A stretch of 64,000 bases of DNA from Eledone cirrhosa (GCA_964016885.1 OZ024742.1:108004001-108068000); one strand, 5' to 3'. Counted from the stretch's first letter, positions 25,021 through 38,872 are shown. Notes: generated by a model from the sequence alone, not told the origin. Program-made: numbers and translations.

Positions 25021-25326
25021 TATAATAATAGTAATAATAATGAGAAGAAGCCGGTACGAAGTATTAATATAGCCTCACTATGTTTATTCGCTTGTGACGC
25101 GCGTTTTACGATCTATCAGCTCAAGGTACGATCGATATCGATAGGGCCTGACTCTAGAATCGATAGCTCAACGAATCCACAAGTCTGATGATCTACCGAT
25201 TCCAGAGTCTAACCCGATCGATACCGATTGTATCTTCAGCTGATCGATCGTGAAACGCGCATCACACGTGAATAAACATGATGCTGTATTGATACTCCAT
25301 TCCTGCTCCTTATTATTATTATTATT
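25021..25326. mobile_element. Diverged Penelope-like fold-back with hammerhead motif, bounded by (TAA)n
   Basis: Arms are diverged inverted copies; CTGATGA at 25185, then GAAACGCGCATC (the other arm gives AAAACGCGCGTC). Confidence 0.7.
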
Positions 25327-25690
25327 GACTCTCGAGCTTTTACTGCGGAAGCTGGAGCTGTTGCAGGGCATCCCGCTCAAACCGGGACGCGGACGACATC
25401 ACCGTGATGGTGTCGAACACCTCGGAAATCGAGGTTGTCGGGTAGCCATTCACATCCAGAAATGGGCCGAGAGGAACGAACCTTTCCTTAAAATCCGACT
25501 ATCGACCGAGTATATAGTGAAGATCACCCTACCGCCTTCTTTTGGCCGGGAAGAGCAGGCAGTTTTCCTCTGAGTGATAGCTGTAGCGAAAGGTTGTGTG
25601 GTGGACGCGACTGAAAGGTCTGCAGAAAGACACTATCTCTTCGACCATGCGCTCATCAACCTTTTCAAGTTACATTTAGAAAGGAAGATG
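25326..25690 (+). mobile_element. Degraded L1/Tx1-clade RT fragment
   Basis: LTLELLLRKLELLQGIPL followed in a shifted frame by ADDITVMVSNTSEIEVVG. Confidence 0.55.
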
Positions 25691-25934
25691 AGGGTGGAGA
25701 GAGAGAGAGAGAAATGCTACCTACCAGAAGATTTTTTTTATTATTTAATAATTGTTTTTACTTTTTGGCACAAGGCCAGCAATTTTTCCCAGTGTATTAC
25801 TGGTACTTTATTTTATCGACCCCGTAAGGATGAAAAGCAAAGTTAACCTCGGCGGGATTTGAACTGAGTCCGTAAAGGGCCGTAACTCTTTGCAGCAAAG
25901 CATGGCGCCCGACCCTCTACCGATACTGCCAATG

Positions 25935-25982
<48 letters not shown>

Positions 25983-26023
25983 AAGAGAGAGGGAAAGAAA
26001 GGAAGAAAAAGAGAGAGAGAGAG

Positions 26024-26125
<102 letters not shown>

Positions 26126-26984
26126 CATAGGTGATAGAACGTGAAACCCAGACGCACATCTTTTGATGTAATCACTTGGATGGTTTCAAATCGATGAACA
26201 TATCAACATCTATATATGAACTGATAGCTGCTGTAATCATATATTATTTTTTGTAATGCATATTATCGATTATGATGTCTAGTATTAGTGATGTTTGTTA
26301 TTAACCTTGAGATGTGTAAACTAATCAATAGCACTCATTGCTTCAGAAACGACTTTGATTTTAATATCAGCTCTATTGATCACCTACAATACCATAAACT
26401 TATCTAATACACTGTAAATATATTAGTCTATTTTTTTGTGTTTGCTCCTGATTTTTGTTGGGGACAGCAAGGGGATAAGGGCGTTAAAAGTGCGTTATGT
26501 TTTCATAAATGTTCCTGATTTAGTGGCTATAAGTAGTGTGCTTGGCCCATGATCATAGATCGATTGCCGGACCGGGTGGTGCAGTGGTCTGAGTTCTTCA
26601 GTTAAATACTTCATTCCACAATGCCCCGTCCCAATCTCCTGAAAACAATTAGTTGTACATGTAATTGAAAGGGCCCACTTTGTTACAGTTTATTCCGCTG
26701 AATCCCCCTGAGAACTAAGGTATAGATGAAAGCAATTTGCCCGTTAATTTTACGAGCAGAGCGCTTGTAGGAGAATTTAGTTGATTAGTTCTATCGCACC
26801 TATATGATGTCAGAACATATGAGGATGTACCTGTTTAAATATCGATCAGACCAATCCACCGTGCAATTAATCGACATAACTGTGAACATCATAATCGATT
26901 TGACTCAGGTATGTTTGATTAGTCTATTGGTACTAAAGCTCACACTTATGTAGGATTAGTTGGCTTTTTCCCAGGTTGTACTTT

Positions 26985-27430
26985 AAAGGAGGTTTCTCGA
27001 GTATTTTGATGATAAGGTTTCCAGTTTTATCATACACACAGATATGTATGTTGTTGTTACAGCTTACTACGCGGTTGTATCCCTAAGGAGGTTTCTTGGG
27101 TATTTTGATAATAAGCACCCCAGTTTTATCATACACACTGATATGTATGTTGTTATGGCTTACTACAAGGTTGTATCCCAAATGAAGATTTTGGGGTATT
27201 TTAATGGAGGGCCTCAATCCTATCAAGCTGTTGTTATAGTTCACCCATATGTAGATTTAGCTGACCTCATATGAGATTAATTATCATAGGAGTTTTCTTG
27301 CATATTATAATGACAGGGCCCCCAGTCCTTTCATACACACACATATGTTCTTTGTTACAGTTCATACCTATGCAGGTTTTGCTGAACTCCAGAGATAGTG
27401 TTATGATGATAGAAGCTCCAGCCCTATCAC
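26985..27430 (+). repeat. Degenerate minisatellite with a unit of roughly 90-100 bp
   Basis: Recurring GGTTTCT.G.GTATTTTGAT.ATAAG...CCAGTTTTATCATACACAC; related arrays on the minus strand near 23480-23650 and 40010-40250. Confidence 0.65.
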
Positions 27431-27773
27431 GAAAAGCAGCGTGAAAATAAATTTCTTGCTCAAGAGGACAATGTAAGGGCCGGTGCAGGAAATGAGCCCA
27501 CGATCTTATGATGGAGAGTCTAACGTGTCATTGCCCCTTCATTGGTCAAATAGAAATACGTGGTCTATTTCCTTTTGATCTAGTTCCCCACAAAACTCCG
27601 GCGTTATATTTACCAACACAGAGCTTCAGTGTTACATATAGAAAAGTAAGTAAACGGTCCTTAACATATGGAGTCGAAGGGGCGCTCACCTGACACATAG
27701 CGTGACAGGCATTTTCTTCTTCCTCTTCTTCTTCTTCGAGAGAGAAAGAAAGAGAAAGAGATATATAGATAGA

Positions 27774-27826
<53 letters not shown>

Positions 27827-28389
27827 CGTGCGTGTGTGTGATAGAGAGAGAGAGAGACAGAAAGATAATAAGAAACAACCCATTAGTGGACTGTTACTTT
27901 ATTTATCGACCTCGAAAAAAGGAAAGGCAAAATTGACCTAGGCGAAATTTGAACACAGCGCGCAGAGAATAGAGACCTTTTTAACCCGACGCCCTAAAGA
28001 CTGCTAATTCACCGGCTACATCCAAATGAACTTGTAAATCACATTACCATAACATATAGAGCTACAAAGTTGATCTCAATGTAACTTAAACCAAATAGCT
28101 AATCCGTTAAAACTGACACCAACACGAGTTGATATTAAATTAATTTTTCACAAAATGAAATTTACGAAAAACTCCAGGAAATAAAAGAATTAGGAAAATA
28201 AATCGGATTAAATTTGAGAAACATAGCTACTAAATAGGAAATAATCTTTTTTTTTATTGACAATCAAAGCTAATTGTATATTTTAGGCATGTTCCAAAAT
28301 TTCTCATTCTTCTGTATATATTTAGAGAGAAGCCTCGCTGTACATGATGAACGTCATACTTCTTCATAGAGATTTCTTCAAGAACGAGT

Positions 28390-28430
<41 letters not shown>

Positions 28431-28740
28431 AATAAATATTTAATGGAATGGTGAGGAGGGAGCACATATTACAACTTTGCGTACAAAAAGCGAAAGCGTT
28501 GCCGCAGAGAACAGCCAACAATACCTGCTGCATCGGCCATTCCACCACAAGGGATTCCACTTTTAAAACGATTAGCTCATACATTTTAACTACTAAATAT
28601 CAAGATATGATATTTAGTGGCTGCACAAGATAAATAAAATGACCAAACGTATAATATTATAGACCGATTCGTAGAGAGTTGAGCAGTTTTGTTTATAGTT
28701 GGAGAACCAGTACGCCTGTATATCGTTCGCAGTTATTTAA

Positions 28741-29331
28741 CCCATTCATCACCATATTTCTAATCACAGATATTGCCTATTGTTTTCAAATAATTAAGAA
28801 AATAATCAAGTATTTGGTAAGATTTAGTAACATAATTAACCTTCTCATTATTAAGTGTGCGTTTTGGAGAAGAACTTAGCAAAGGAGTTTACATAAAATT
28901 ATGATGGCGTTTTTGAGATAAATATAAATTAGAAATATTCATCCCTTTTGTTACTATATTTCTAATGAAAAACACTGAGGATTTAGTAATATAACCAACT
29001 TTCTCATTAAGTTGGTATTTGGAATATATCGAATCTTACATAAAATTTTATTGAAATTCTTTTAAATAAAAATTAATATTTTAACACTCAAATTACCATA
29101 TTTTTAATGAAAGGCGCTGCAATAATTTTGAACTAATTGAAAAGGAAATAATCACAAGTTTAGAAGGATTTAGTAATATAACTAACGTTCGCATTAAGTT
29201 GGTCTTTGAAACATAAAGGATTTGACATCAAATTATGACGGAAAGTTTTTAAATAAAGATGAACATTTGAAAGAAAACAATTGTATATCATAAAACCAGG
29301 GGCGGTTTCGTGTGGTTTGGTACCAAAAGGG
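28741..29331. mobile_element. piggyBac-like non-autonomous element with internal tandem repeats
   Basis: TTAA|CCC...AAAAGGG|TCAA ends; internal repeats TTAC.ATATTT.TAATGAAA...GATTTAGTAATATAAC. Fragments near 19775, 20690, 33850, 34360 and 61120. Confidence 0.6.
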
Positions 29332-29567
29332 TCAAAGTGTCAGGCGTTTCCATTGGTGTAATACAGAGTAGAAACGCCCGTGTGAGGAGAAAGTAAGGGG
29401 AGATAATCATAAATAATTTTACAGAGAAGTTGGGAGACATAAATGTATAATTTTAACTGATGAATTATTCATCTTTCAAAGATATCATTAATTATGCCAT
29501 GGTACATGTGTGAATATACACACATACATACATATACACATACATACCTACATATGTACATACATAC

Positions 29568-29669
29568 AAAATTTACAGTAAATTAAAAGTAAGCATTGCA
29601 AGCAAATAATACATTTTAAAAATAAAAATATACTTTCACCATGTGTATGTACATATGTGTGTATATACA

Positions 29670-29701
<32 letters not shown>

Positions 29702-29853
29702 CACATTCATACCTGCATATGTACATACATACATACACACATATGTACATGCATACATACATATGTACATACATACACATCGTGAAAGTATATTTTTATT
29801 TTTAAAATGTATTATTTGCTTGCAATGCTTACTTTTAATATACTGTAAATTTT
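29568..29853. repeat. Inverted repeat, arms about 84 bp around a (TACA)n spacer
   Basis: 29568-29651 is the reverse complement of 29770-29853. Confidence 0.88.
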
Positions 29854-30368
29854 TGCACCTAAATATAATTTTTGAAAAACGAAGCTCTACAAATTATAGT
29901 TTTTAGCCTATATAGTATTTAAGCTATTTATAGTGTAATATGACAGAAATAGTTTTATTTTAGTCAATTCTTATATTATATTATATATATATATACGAAA
30001 AAATATCGTTTTTTACAAAAACAATATAAAAATTGGAAGGAGGTAGGTGGAGAAGTTAAAACAGCTCAAAATACACTAATTTATTATATTAAACAGTACA
30101 AAAGGCTATGTTACATACTTCCTTGAAAGATTTTCCAGACAAGCTTTCGTACAAAATCCTATTATGTTAAAAATAATAATCATGCATGAAGAAAATTATT
30201 CATTAAAGTAATTACCAAATAAGTTTTTACATTAAAAATTGATTTGCGATCGTTTCGTCCCTTATTGGGACTTATCAAAATCAATCATTCATAAGCAAAT
30301 ATCTCATTATATTGTTTTACCAAGCAGATCGGCAATTCACAGTCTAAGCGTTTCTTTACATTTAAAAA

Positions 30369-30409
<41 letters not shown>

Positions 30410-30432
30410 ACAAACACACACATATATATAGA

Positions 30433-30917
30433 AGGGCCATAACTCGATGCTGCAAAGCATGGTGTCTGACGTTCTACCGATACTGCCAATCCACCGTATA
30501 TAATATAATATAATTGTTTCTACTTTTGGAACAAGGCCAGCAATTATCTAGTACATAACTGGTACTTTATTTTATCTACCCCGTAAGGATGAAAGGCAAA
30601 GTCAATCTCGGCGGGATTTGAACTCAGACCGTAAAGAGACGTAACTATGCTGGAAAGCATGGCGTCCGACTCTCTACAGATACTGCCAATCCACTGCCCC
30701 TATATATAATTGTTTCCACTTTTGGTACAAGGCCAGCAAATACCCAGTGCATTACTGGTACTTTATTTTATCGACCCCGTAAGGATGAAAGGCAAAGTTA
30801 ACCTCGGCGGGATTTGAACTCAGATCATAGAAGGAGGTAATATAATTGTTTCTACTATTGGCACAAGGCCAACAATTACCCAGTACATTACTGGTACTTT
30901 ATTTTATCGACCCCGTA
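30433..30917 (-). mobile_element. Head-to-tail cluster of four full or partial SINE copies
   Basis: Repeated AATTGTTTC.ACT.TTGG.ACAAGGCC...CCCCGTAA units separated by short TA/TAA tracts. Confidence 0.85.
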
Positions 30918-31208
30918 ATATAATAATAGTTAATTAGAAAAGTCATCATAGCCAGAATAATTTAATGAAGATATTGATATGATATCCGTATTGATAATTT
31001 ACGTTAACACATCTATATGCACCCGGCACATTATCCCTTCTTCATCCCAACATATATATCACCGGCCATCTATACTTGTTATATCAATAATGTTTGTATG
31101 AATAATGTAACATTGTTTATACGTACGTATTTACCACCTGCTCTAAACGATAAATATTTCTAAAATGAGAAGCTACTTTATACAGAGAGAGAGAGGGAGA
31201 GAGAGAGC

Positions 31209-31308
<100 letters not shown>

Positions 31309-31509
31309 AGAAATACCTATGATGGCTTGTAGATCACTGATGATGGATAGTCCTATATCTAATTCTTCATTTTAATTTGTATATATATATATATACATAT
31401 ATAGGAGATGAGTACATTGAGTATAATATCAGTTTCTTACCAAACGCAAAGAACCTCGATATATTAACCCCTTAGAGAAGAATACAGAATATAATAGCTT
31501 TTCAAAATC

Positions 31510-32695
31510 AATTGACAACCAAAGAGGTACTTCATTTTATTAATGTCTACACGCGTTTCAACGTCAATATTAACATATAATACTAAAGATTTTCAGGGCA
31601 TTAATTTAGGATTTGGATATTGAGAGCCCCAAAGAAACACAAGAATCGTAGTCAATAAAGTAAAGAAATTGAAGTTTATTTTTTAAAGGTTTTAAAGAAA
31701 CACAGAGAAAGATAGTTTATCTCAAAAGACATACACACAAAGCAAGTACTTAATTGTGCTAAATGAGCCTGAATTCTTTTCAGCAATAAGAAATAAAAAG
31801 GTTTTTGAAGAGATTTTTTTAAAAGAAGAATATTATTTTTATCAGAAAAAGCACATGCGGAGTAGTTGATTAATTGTGTAGAAAAGTCTTGGTTTTTTCG
31901 GCAGCAAGCGAATAATTATGAATAAAACCAGATTTAAAAAAAATAGTTTATATTAGATAAGAATATTAAATGCATGCTTACTTATTGAATATGCTTCTAT
32001 CATAGAGAAAGCAATGTTTTAAGAAGCTTTTGTATGGCGTCAATTCTGATATGCAAGCGGTGTTGCAAAACGAATGATATTATATGACGGTGTTATAATT
32101 TATTACGTAGCATATGAAAATATATCCCAAAAGATAACGCTGTAATCGGTTTTAGATTTAGTCATGAGTGTAGAATGATAGGGAATTACACCATCGAAGC
32201 GTATTGCTTTAAGTACAAATTACTTTAAAGTATTAGATGAATTAAAAATAAAGAACCCTATACATATCCTTAAAAAGATATGACTTGCATTAAAAGCCTT
32301 AGTTACATGTTAACGTTGTGTGCTCAAACTGTATTATATAAACCAAAAAAGAAAGAAGTGCGTTGCTTATTAGAGAACTAGAAAGAGTGCAAATTTACTA
32401 TAGTTTTTATATACCGGAGAAAACAAATTATTAATAATATATATGGCGCATTTCGAACATACGCCGATGAACTTTAAATAATAATTTCTTTCTCTGTATT
32501 TCTGTAAACAACTTTAGAAAAAACCCTTCAATTTCTTTACTGAATTGACTATGATTCTCGTGTTTATTTGGGACTTTCATCATCCAAGTCCTGAATTAAT
32601 GACCTGACGATGCGTTAGTATTATATGCTAATATTGAAGTTGTACGCGTATATACATAAATAAAATGATTTGAAGTGCCTCTTTTGTTTTCAATT
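31510..32695. mobile_element. Old Penelope-like element with inverted hammerhead-bearing termini about 1 kb apart
   Basis: 31510-31600 is a diverged reverse complement of 32601-32695; combined they give CTGA.GA...GAAACGCGTGTA^GACA. Confidence 0.65.
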
Positions 32696-32702
32696 ATGCC
32701 TC

Positions 32703-33175
32703 CATTATGGACCGACCAAGCGCTCTTGCCATAAAACACATTTTGAACTGATTATCCTCAAGAACTATGTATGTAAATAATATTCTTTCTTTCCCATTAC
32801 CTTATCATGTTCCACATCACCCCCTTTTTTAATTTTTTTAATTTTTTCTCTTTACGCAAAAACCTTGTTTGTAAATAATATTATTCTTTCTTTCCCATTT
32901 CCTTAACATGTTCAACATCACATTATTTTCTCTCCAACATTTTAAACCAATACAAATTCCACCCTTTGATAATGCATAAAATGCTGAAACCGGTAATAGA
33001 CAATTATTAAATATATAAATAAATAAATGGCATTGTTAATTAATAAATAAATTAAATAATACCTTAACACTTCACACAAAGTAAAATATTTTGTTTTAAA
33101 CATTTTCTAACCCAGAAACAAATAATAAAAGGAAAAAAATTTTTTTCTTCCCAATAATCGTCGTTTTCTCCCTAT

Positions 33176-33180
<5 letters not shown>
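32703..33180 (+). mobile_element. Penelope-like 3' terminus ending in (TA)n; second copy at 51034-51408
   Basis: Two homologous copies; degenerate hammerhead TTTGATAA-TGCATaaaATGC-T-GAAA-CCGG-TA. Confidence 0.65.
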
Positions 33181-33240
<60 letters not shown>

Positions 33241-33503
33241 AAGAATGAAGAGTAACATGGTTGGCTGTACAATAAGGGGCTTTATTTCAAGTACTGACAA
33301 TTGTTTCGTTGATCAGGTGAGTCTAGAGGTCGCTAATCGCTTGAAGTTGCGTCAAAGTTGCGATATATATATATATATAATAGAATTAGGATTTAACTTC
33401 AGGCATAGCTGTATACAGATATGTATACAAATTTCGTATTTCGTATTTCTAAAGAAACACGGTAAACGCCCTCTGATGGTGTCCAGCAGAAGCAAGGGGG
33501 ACA

Positions 33504-33546
33504 ATCGTCGATGCATTTCGACTTAACTGGTCTTCATTAGGACGAT
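33504..33546 (-). ncRNA. Minimal hammerhead motif with one core substitution
   Basis: Minus strand: ATCGTC-CTAATGA-A-GAC cagttaa GTC-GAAA-TGCA-TC^GACGAT; perfect 6-bp stem I. Confidence 0.6.
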
Positions 33547-34909
33547 CCCTCCCACACATGCAACTGTTGGACTTGAAAACAGTCGAGAATATATAGTTTT
33601 CTCGTCTACAAAACACAAATACATACCTATATATATATAGTATACATTTCATCCCACTCACGTTTCTCTTGTAAATATATCCTTACAACTTAACTGCAGT
33701 CTCCTAATACGCTATATTTGCTGCCACCCTTTTGTCAATCTAGTACAATATTGACTCAGCCTTTTGAGAGTCAACGAACTTGATATCAACCCCGCCGAAA
33801 CCGCTACCGATTATGCGATAAGCTGTTAAATTTGAAATGTTTATACTTATCTATAATTCTTTTAAAGACTTCGTTGAATTATGTTCCAGACACCAACTTA
33901 ATAATGAAAATGATAGTTATATTACTAAATCCCTCCAAATTATTCTTTTCAAAATGATTTGAAAATAATTGGCCGTGTCTTAGAAATATGGTAAATCAAA
34001 GGTTAAAGTTTCTATGAGTCCAGAGGGTTCTTTCAAAACAGCATGTCCTACCAATCAGGGATTTTATGGGAGTTCCTGGATTTTCTACTACTTTAATTCT
34101 ATTATAAATTCAGTTTATCTAAGACCTTTCTAAAACGATACGCTAGTTCACCTCCAGAGGTAGCATCGAAGAACATGACACTCTGGTTTTTTTGGCTGTC
34201 ATACCATGTGTTATCTGACCCTATCTTCTTAGTCCTTTCTATACTATTCCATGATTTGCTCCTGTATAGCGGGAAAATCCCATTCGCGTTATTCCTATAA
34301 TAGTCTTGAATGTCGGCATGGCTCCTTTGGCTCCTTTGAACGACTATATAAACGTAAATTGTTAATATTTATCTAAAAACTTTCCATCGTAATTTTATGT
34401 AAGAACATTTGTTAAGTTTCAAACATCAGATAAATTATGAGACAAGTAGTTATATTAGCAAATCCCTTCCACTTCTTGACTATTTTTGAAATGTTTTTCA
34501 TTAGATATATGTGATGAAAGGGTTAAATGTCATGAAAGAGGACACAATACAGAACTAGCAATATGAATGCAAAATGTTTTCAACACTTATTATGACAGAA
34601 CACAAAAGCAATGATTTATAAAACTGGTTACCAATACAACTATAATTTTCAATTTAATATGCGTTGCTATATAATTTTAATTTTAATATTTGCATAAAAA
34701 AATATTCACTGCCTAATAAGTATGTAAAATTGTTATAAATTTGATGATAGTACTATTAAATGAGAAGACCAATAATATATTTAATGATACGCATACGATT
34801 TCCCTATTAACATGTTTGTTTACAGTCATAGTTATCATGGTCGCATTTATTAATTTTGATATTATATTTTCCTATTTATCTCTTCATTTATTTCATTATT
34901 TGGTATTCA

Positions 34910-34995
<86 letters not shown>

Positions 34996-35577
34996 TTTGT
35001 CTCTGTGTGTGTGTGTTCGCGCGTGTATGTTGTCGATCTATATTACACTAGCTGTAAGTACAGATATTTGCTCGAATTCCGAAATAATTGAAACAAATTA
35101 CACCGGTAAATTGTAAAACATTTTAGAAATAGAGATCTTGAATCTGAATATATTTATGATTGCATCAAAATTATGCCTAATATACAAGAGTATCTTTCAA
35201 GGAAGACGAAATACTAAATCTTTAGTCCTAATACTTTGCTATAAACAATTTAGTGGATGTGGGGGAAATATTTGCAACGACTTTCTTTAGCCATATTTTG
35301 AAATCTCCATATAGATATGGCAAGACGCCAAAGAATGGAAAATGAGATCTCAGAAAACTACAACATAAATAATTTAGATATACTTGTACTCTTTTACTAG
35401 TTTCAGTCATTGGACTATGGTCAGTTTGGAGTATTGCCTTGATATAGTAGTCGATCATGTAGAACTCAGTATTTATCTTATCAAGTCTGCTCTCGTATTT
35501 ATTTTATCGATCTCGTACCCAAACTCAAAGTTACAGGAAATAAACACAGACACATGCACACAGACACACATATTATA

Positions 35578-35967
35578 TGGTGGCTGCCAACTCGTTTTCG
35601 AGTACGGTCACTACTTTATATCCATGTAGGAGAACCCCTACCGATGCGCTGAACGAGTGTGACTTTTTAGTCCAGCCAGCGACTAGAAAACTCTGGTACA
35701 AACACTACACTTGTGACAATTATTGACACATAGTGCTGGGCCCATGGTACCATGTGACGACAAGTGCAGAGAGATCTCCATATATAAAGCAATGCCTGTG
35801 CCGTGCAGCTTTTATAGTGAGCAAAGGCACTGCACAAAGCCAGTCCCACTCTCTTAACCAAGATGATATTTACCAAAAAGAAGAACAAGTCAACATCATT
35901 GGATACCATTAGGGTTGCAGGTGTTATATCAGAGTTTTCCTTCTCCTAGAATTCTGCCTTGACAAAG
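35578..35967 (-). mobile_element. Bipartite RTE family 1 copy
   Basis: Near-identical reverse complement of 7151-7540. Confidence 0.9.
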
Positions 35968-36117
35968 TATGTATATATATATATACATACACACACACAT
36001 ACACATATGCATAAATACATAGATATATACATACATACATCATTTTACGTCCGCTTTTCCCTGCTTGCAAGGGTTATATACACATACATATGCATATACA
36101 TACATATATAGATGCAT

Positions 36118-36194
<77 letters not shown>

Positions 36195-36489
36195 CACATA
36201 GATATATACTTACATACATAGATATTTACATATATATATATACACACACATACATACACACTCATACACATATGCATAAATATATACATACATACATAGA
36301 TATATTTGTATGTATATATATATATGTATATATACATACACATACATACGCATATACGTAGGTATATAGATACATACATACATAGATATATACATATATA
36401 TATATACACACACACACATACACACTCATACACATATACATAGATATATACATACATACACAGATATATAGACATACATACATAGATAC

Positions 36490-36536
<47 letters not shown>

Positions 36537-36687
36537 CACACACACATACATACTCATACACATATACATAGATATATATATACATACATATATACATACA
36601 TACACACACACATATATATATATATATATATTTCGTTTCTGAATTTGTTTAGCAAGATTCTTTATCTGAAAACGTGTGTTCAAACCG

Positions 36688-37088
36688 ATATTGTTATGCT
36701 TTGGGAGGGTCATGTTGCCAATAAGAAACACACGCACCAGTCGCTTTCACTCCAATTTATTATAAACTAAATTTATAAATTTAAGAATTTATAAATCTCC
36801 GGTTGGTTGGCTGGTTCCACAATCTGACGGTTGCTCATACATTGTCAATGGCGTAGGACAGTACAAAGGAGAGGCACAAAACAAAGAAAAGAATCCCTTG
36901 TCACTGAAGAGGTCACAGAATGTGTGACGAAAGAACTTTGACAATATATGAACAACCGTCCGGCTATGGAACCAACCAAACAACGGGAAATTTATAAACT
37001 CTTAGATTTATAAATTTTATTTATAATAAATTGGAGTGAAAGCGACCGGTGCGTGTGCTTCTTATTGGCAACATGACCCTCCCAAAGC

Positions 37089-37098
<10 letters not shown>
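36688..37098. mobile_element. Penelope-like fold-back, arms about 160 bp, hammerhead core in the loop
   Basis: 36688-36848 is a reverse complement of 36938-37098; followed by (TA)n. Confidence 0.88.
36898..36944 (+). ncRNA. Minimal type I hammerhead ribozyme
   Basis: TTGTCA-CTGAAGA-G-GTCACA gaatg TGTGAC-GAAA-GAAC-TT^TGACAA. Confidence 0.72.
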
Positions 37099-37136
<38 letters not shown>

Positions 37137-37142
<6 letters not shown>

Positions 37143-38654
37143 CACACGAAGGTAATTTCAAAAACGACAATATATCAAAATAAATTATAATTTGTCCCTC
37201 AACGAAATGAAAACATCTTTGGCGATCTCAAAAACAGTCGCGATTCTCTGCTGGTTGAGAAGTTCCTGCTTAGTTTGGGCCATTTCTAGCCTCGATTCCT
37301 CCTTTTCTAGCAGTAATAGGGACCTGTGGTGGTCCTGGCAGTCGTGGGAGGGCGTGGACCATGATGTGGGAGCCGGAAACGGCGCAAGGGTCATACTTGA
37401 GGACGACGTTGAAGAGGCGTGGGACTTTAGTCTTTTGTGAGAAGGCGGGGCCGAACATGAATCGTGTTCCTGGTGGTGGTAGTTGTCATTGTGATGATGA
37501 TGATGTTGTTGTTGTTGTTATTGTTGTTGTGATGAAGGTGGCGTTGGGGTCGATGTCGATGTTGTTGTTCCCGCCGTGGTGGTGGTGTGGGAGTAGGCAG
37601 CGTGGGCGGCAGACAGGTGACCCACGTTCAAACCCAAGCCAGACCCGATGTTATTACTGGTAGTACCACCACCACCATTACTGCTGCTGCTGCTGCCGCT
37701 ACTACTGCAAGCTGTGAAACCACTGCCGAGTTGCTGCTGCTGCTGCTGTTGCGAAAGACCACCACCACTACTACTACTGTTACTACTACAACCACCACCA
37801 CCACCACCACCACCACCACCACCACCAAGGTGGTTGTGGTATGAAGAAGACAGTGACCCCGCTCCGCCGCCACCGCCACCACCATTGCTTGAGAACATGC
37901 TGGCCTGACAGAGGGCGGTGAGGGCGATGGTGGCGACGGCCGTGGTCTGTGAAGAAATCGCTGTTGTTAAATCATTGCTGCTGCTGTTGTTGTTGTTGTT
38001 ATTGCTGTTGCTGTGGTGGCGGTGGTGGTGTTGTTGTTGTTCGTAGTCAGTTTTTATCTCAGGGCTTATACCACCACCACCACCACCACCACCACCACCA
38101 CCACCACCACCACCGCAACACCCCCTCCAGGGATAATTGTAGTAGTGGTGGTGGTGTCGTCGTCACTCGTGGAGGAGACTTCATGTTTGGGACTGATACA
38201 GAAGTCAAAGCTTTTGTTTCCTTCTCGTCTGTTGCTGTCGTTGTCGTCGTCGATAGACGGTGTAGATCCCTGCCGTCGTCGGTGACCCTCGGCCATGCTG
38301 TTTATGCTGTCGATTTCTAGCTTGTCCTCCTTCGTCTTCATATTTCCACCACCCGTGTCCTCCAGATATCTTGGACGGTGACAATGTCCTCAACATTGAC
38401 GAGAAAGATGAAGAAGATGATGGAGAAGAAAACGAAGGATTTGCGGTCCATGTGCGGCGACAGAGGAGCGTCAGACTATGGCGGGAGCGGTTGCTAACAG
38501 GCCCGCCGTCGTCATTAGACCACCACCAACAACAACAACAACAACAGCAACATATGGCCACCACCCACGACCAACACCAAGGCCACCTTATCGTTGTCAG
38601 TCCTGGGGGTACCACCACCACCATACCACCACCACCACCACCACCACCACCACC

Positions 38655-38703
<49 letters not shown>

Positions 38704-38864
38704 GCCTCCGCCGCCGCCGCCATCACACACCAGAACAACCCTGATCATCATCCCGACCCCCTCGGGTCCTCAGCAGCCCCCCCCCGGTACCCGTTTCTCT
38801 CCACGTGCCGGGGTCACTCGACTCCCTACCGATAACCCTGTCGGTGCAGTCGTTACCCACATAT
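37137..38864. pseudogene. Probable retrocopy of a host low-complexity (poly-Q/G/H/P) protein gene, with a 5' inversion
   Basis: 38369 down to 37185 is coding-like on the minus strand (ends ...RIATVFEIAKDVFISLRDKL*); 38366-38864 is coding-like on the plus strand. In-frame TAA in poly-Q at 37518-37520 and several frameshifts. Parent gene not recognised. Confidence 0.65.
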
Positions 38865-38872
38865 TATATACA

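Noticed and set aside
30433-30917. CRISPR-like repeat/spacer array
   Set aside because: Units are long SINE copies in eukaryotic DNA; no regular spacers and no cas genes.
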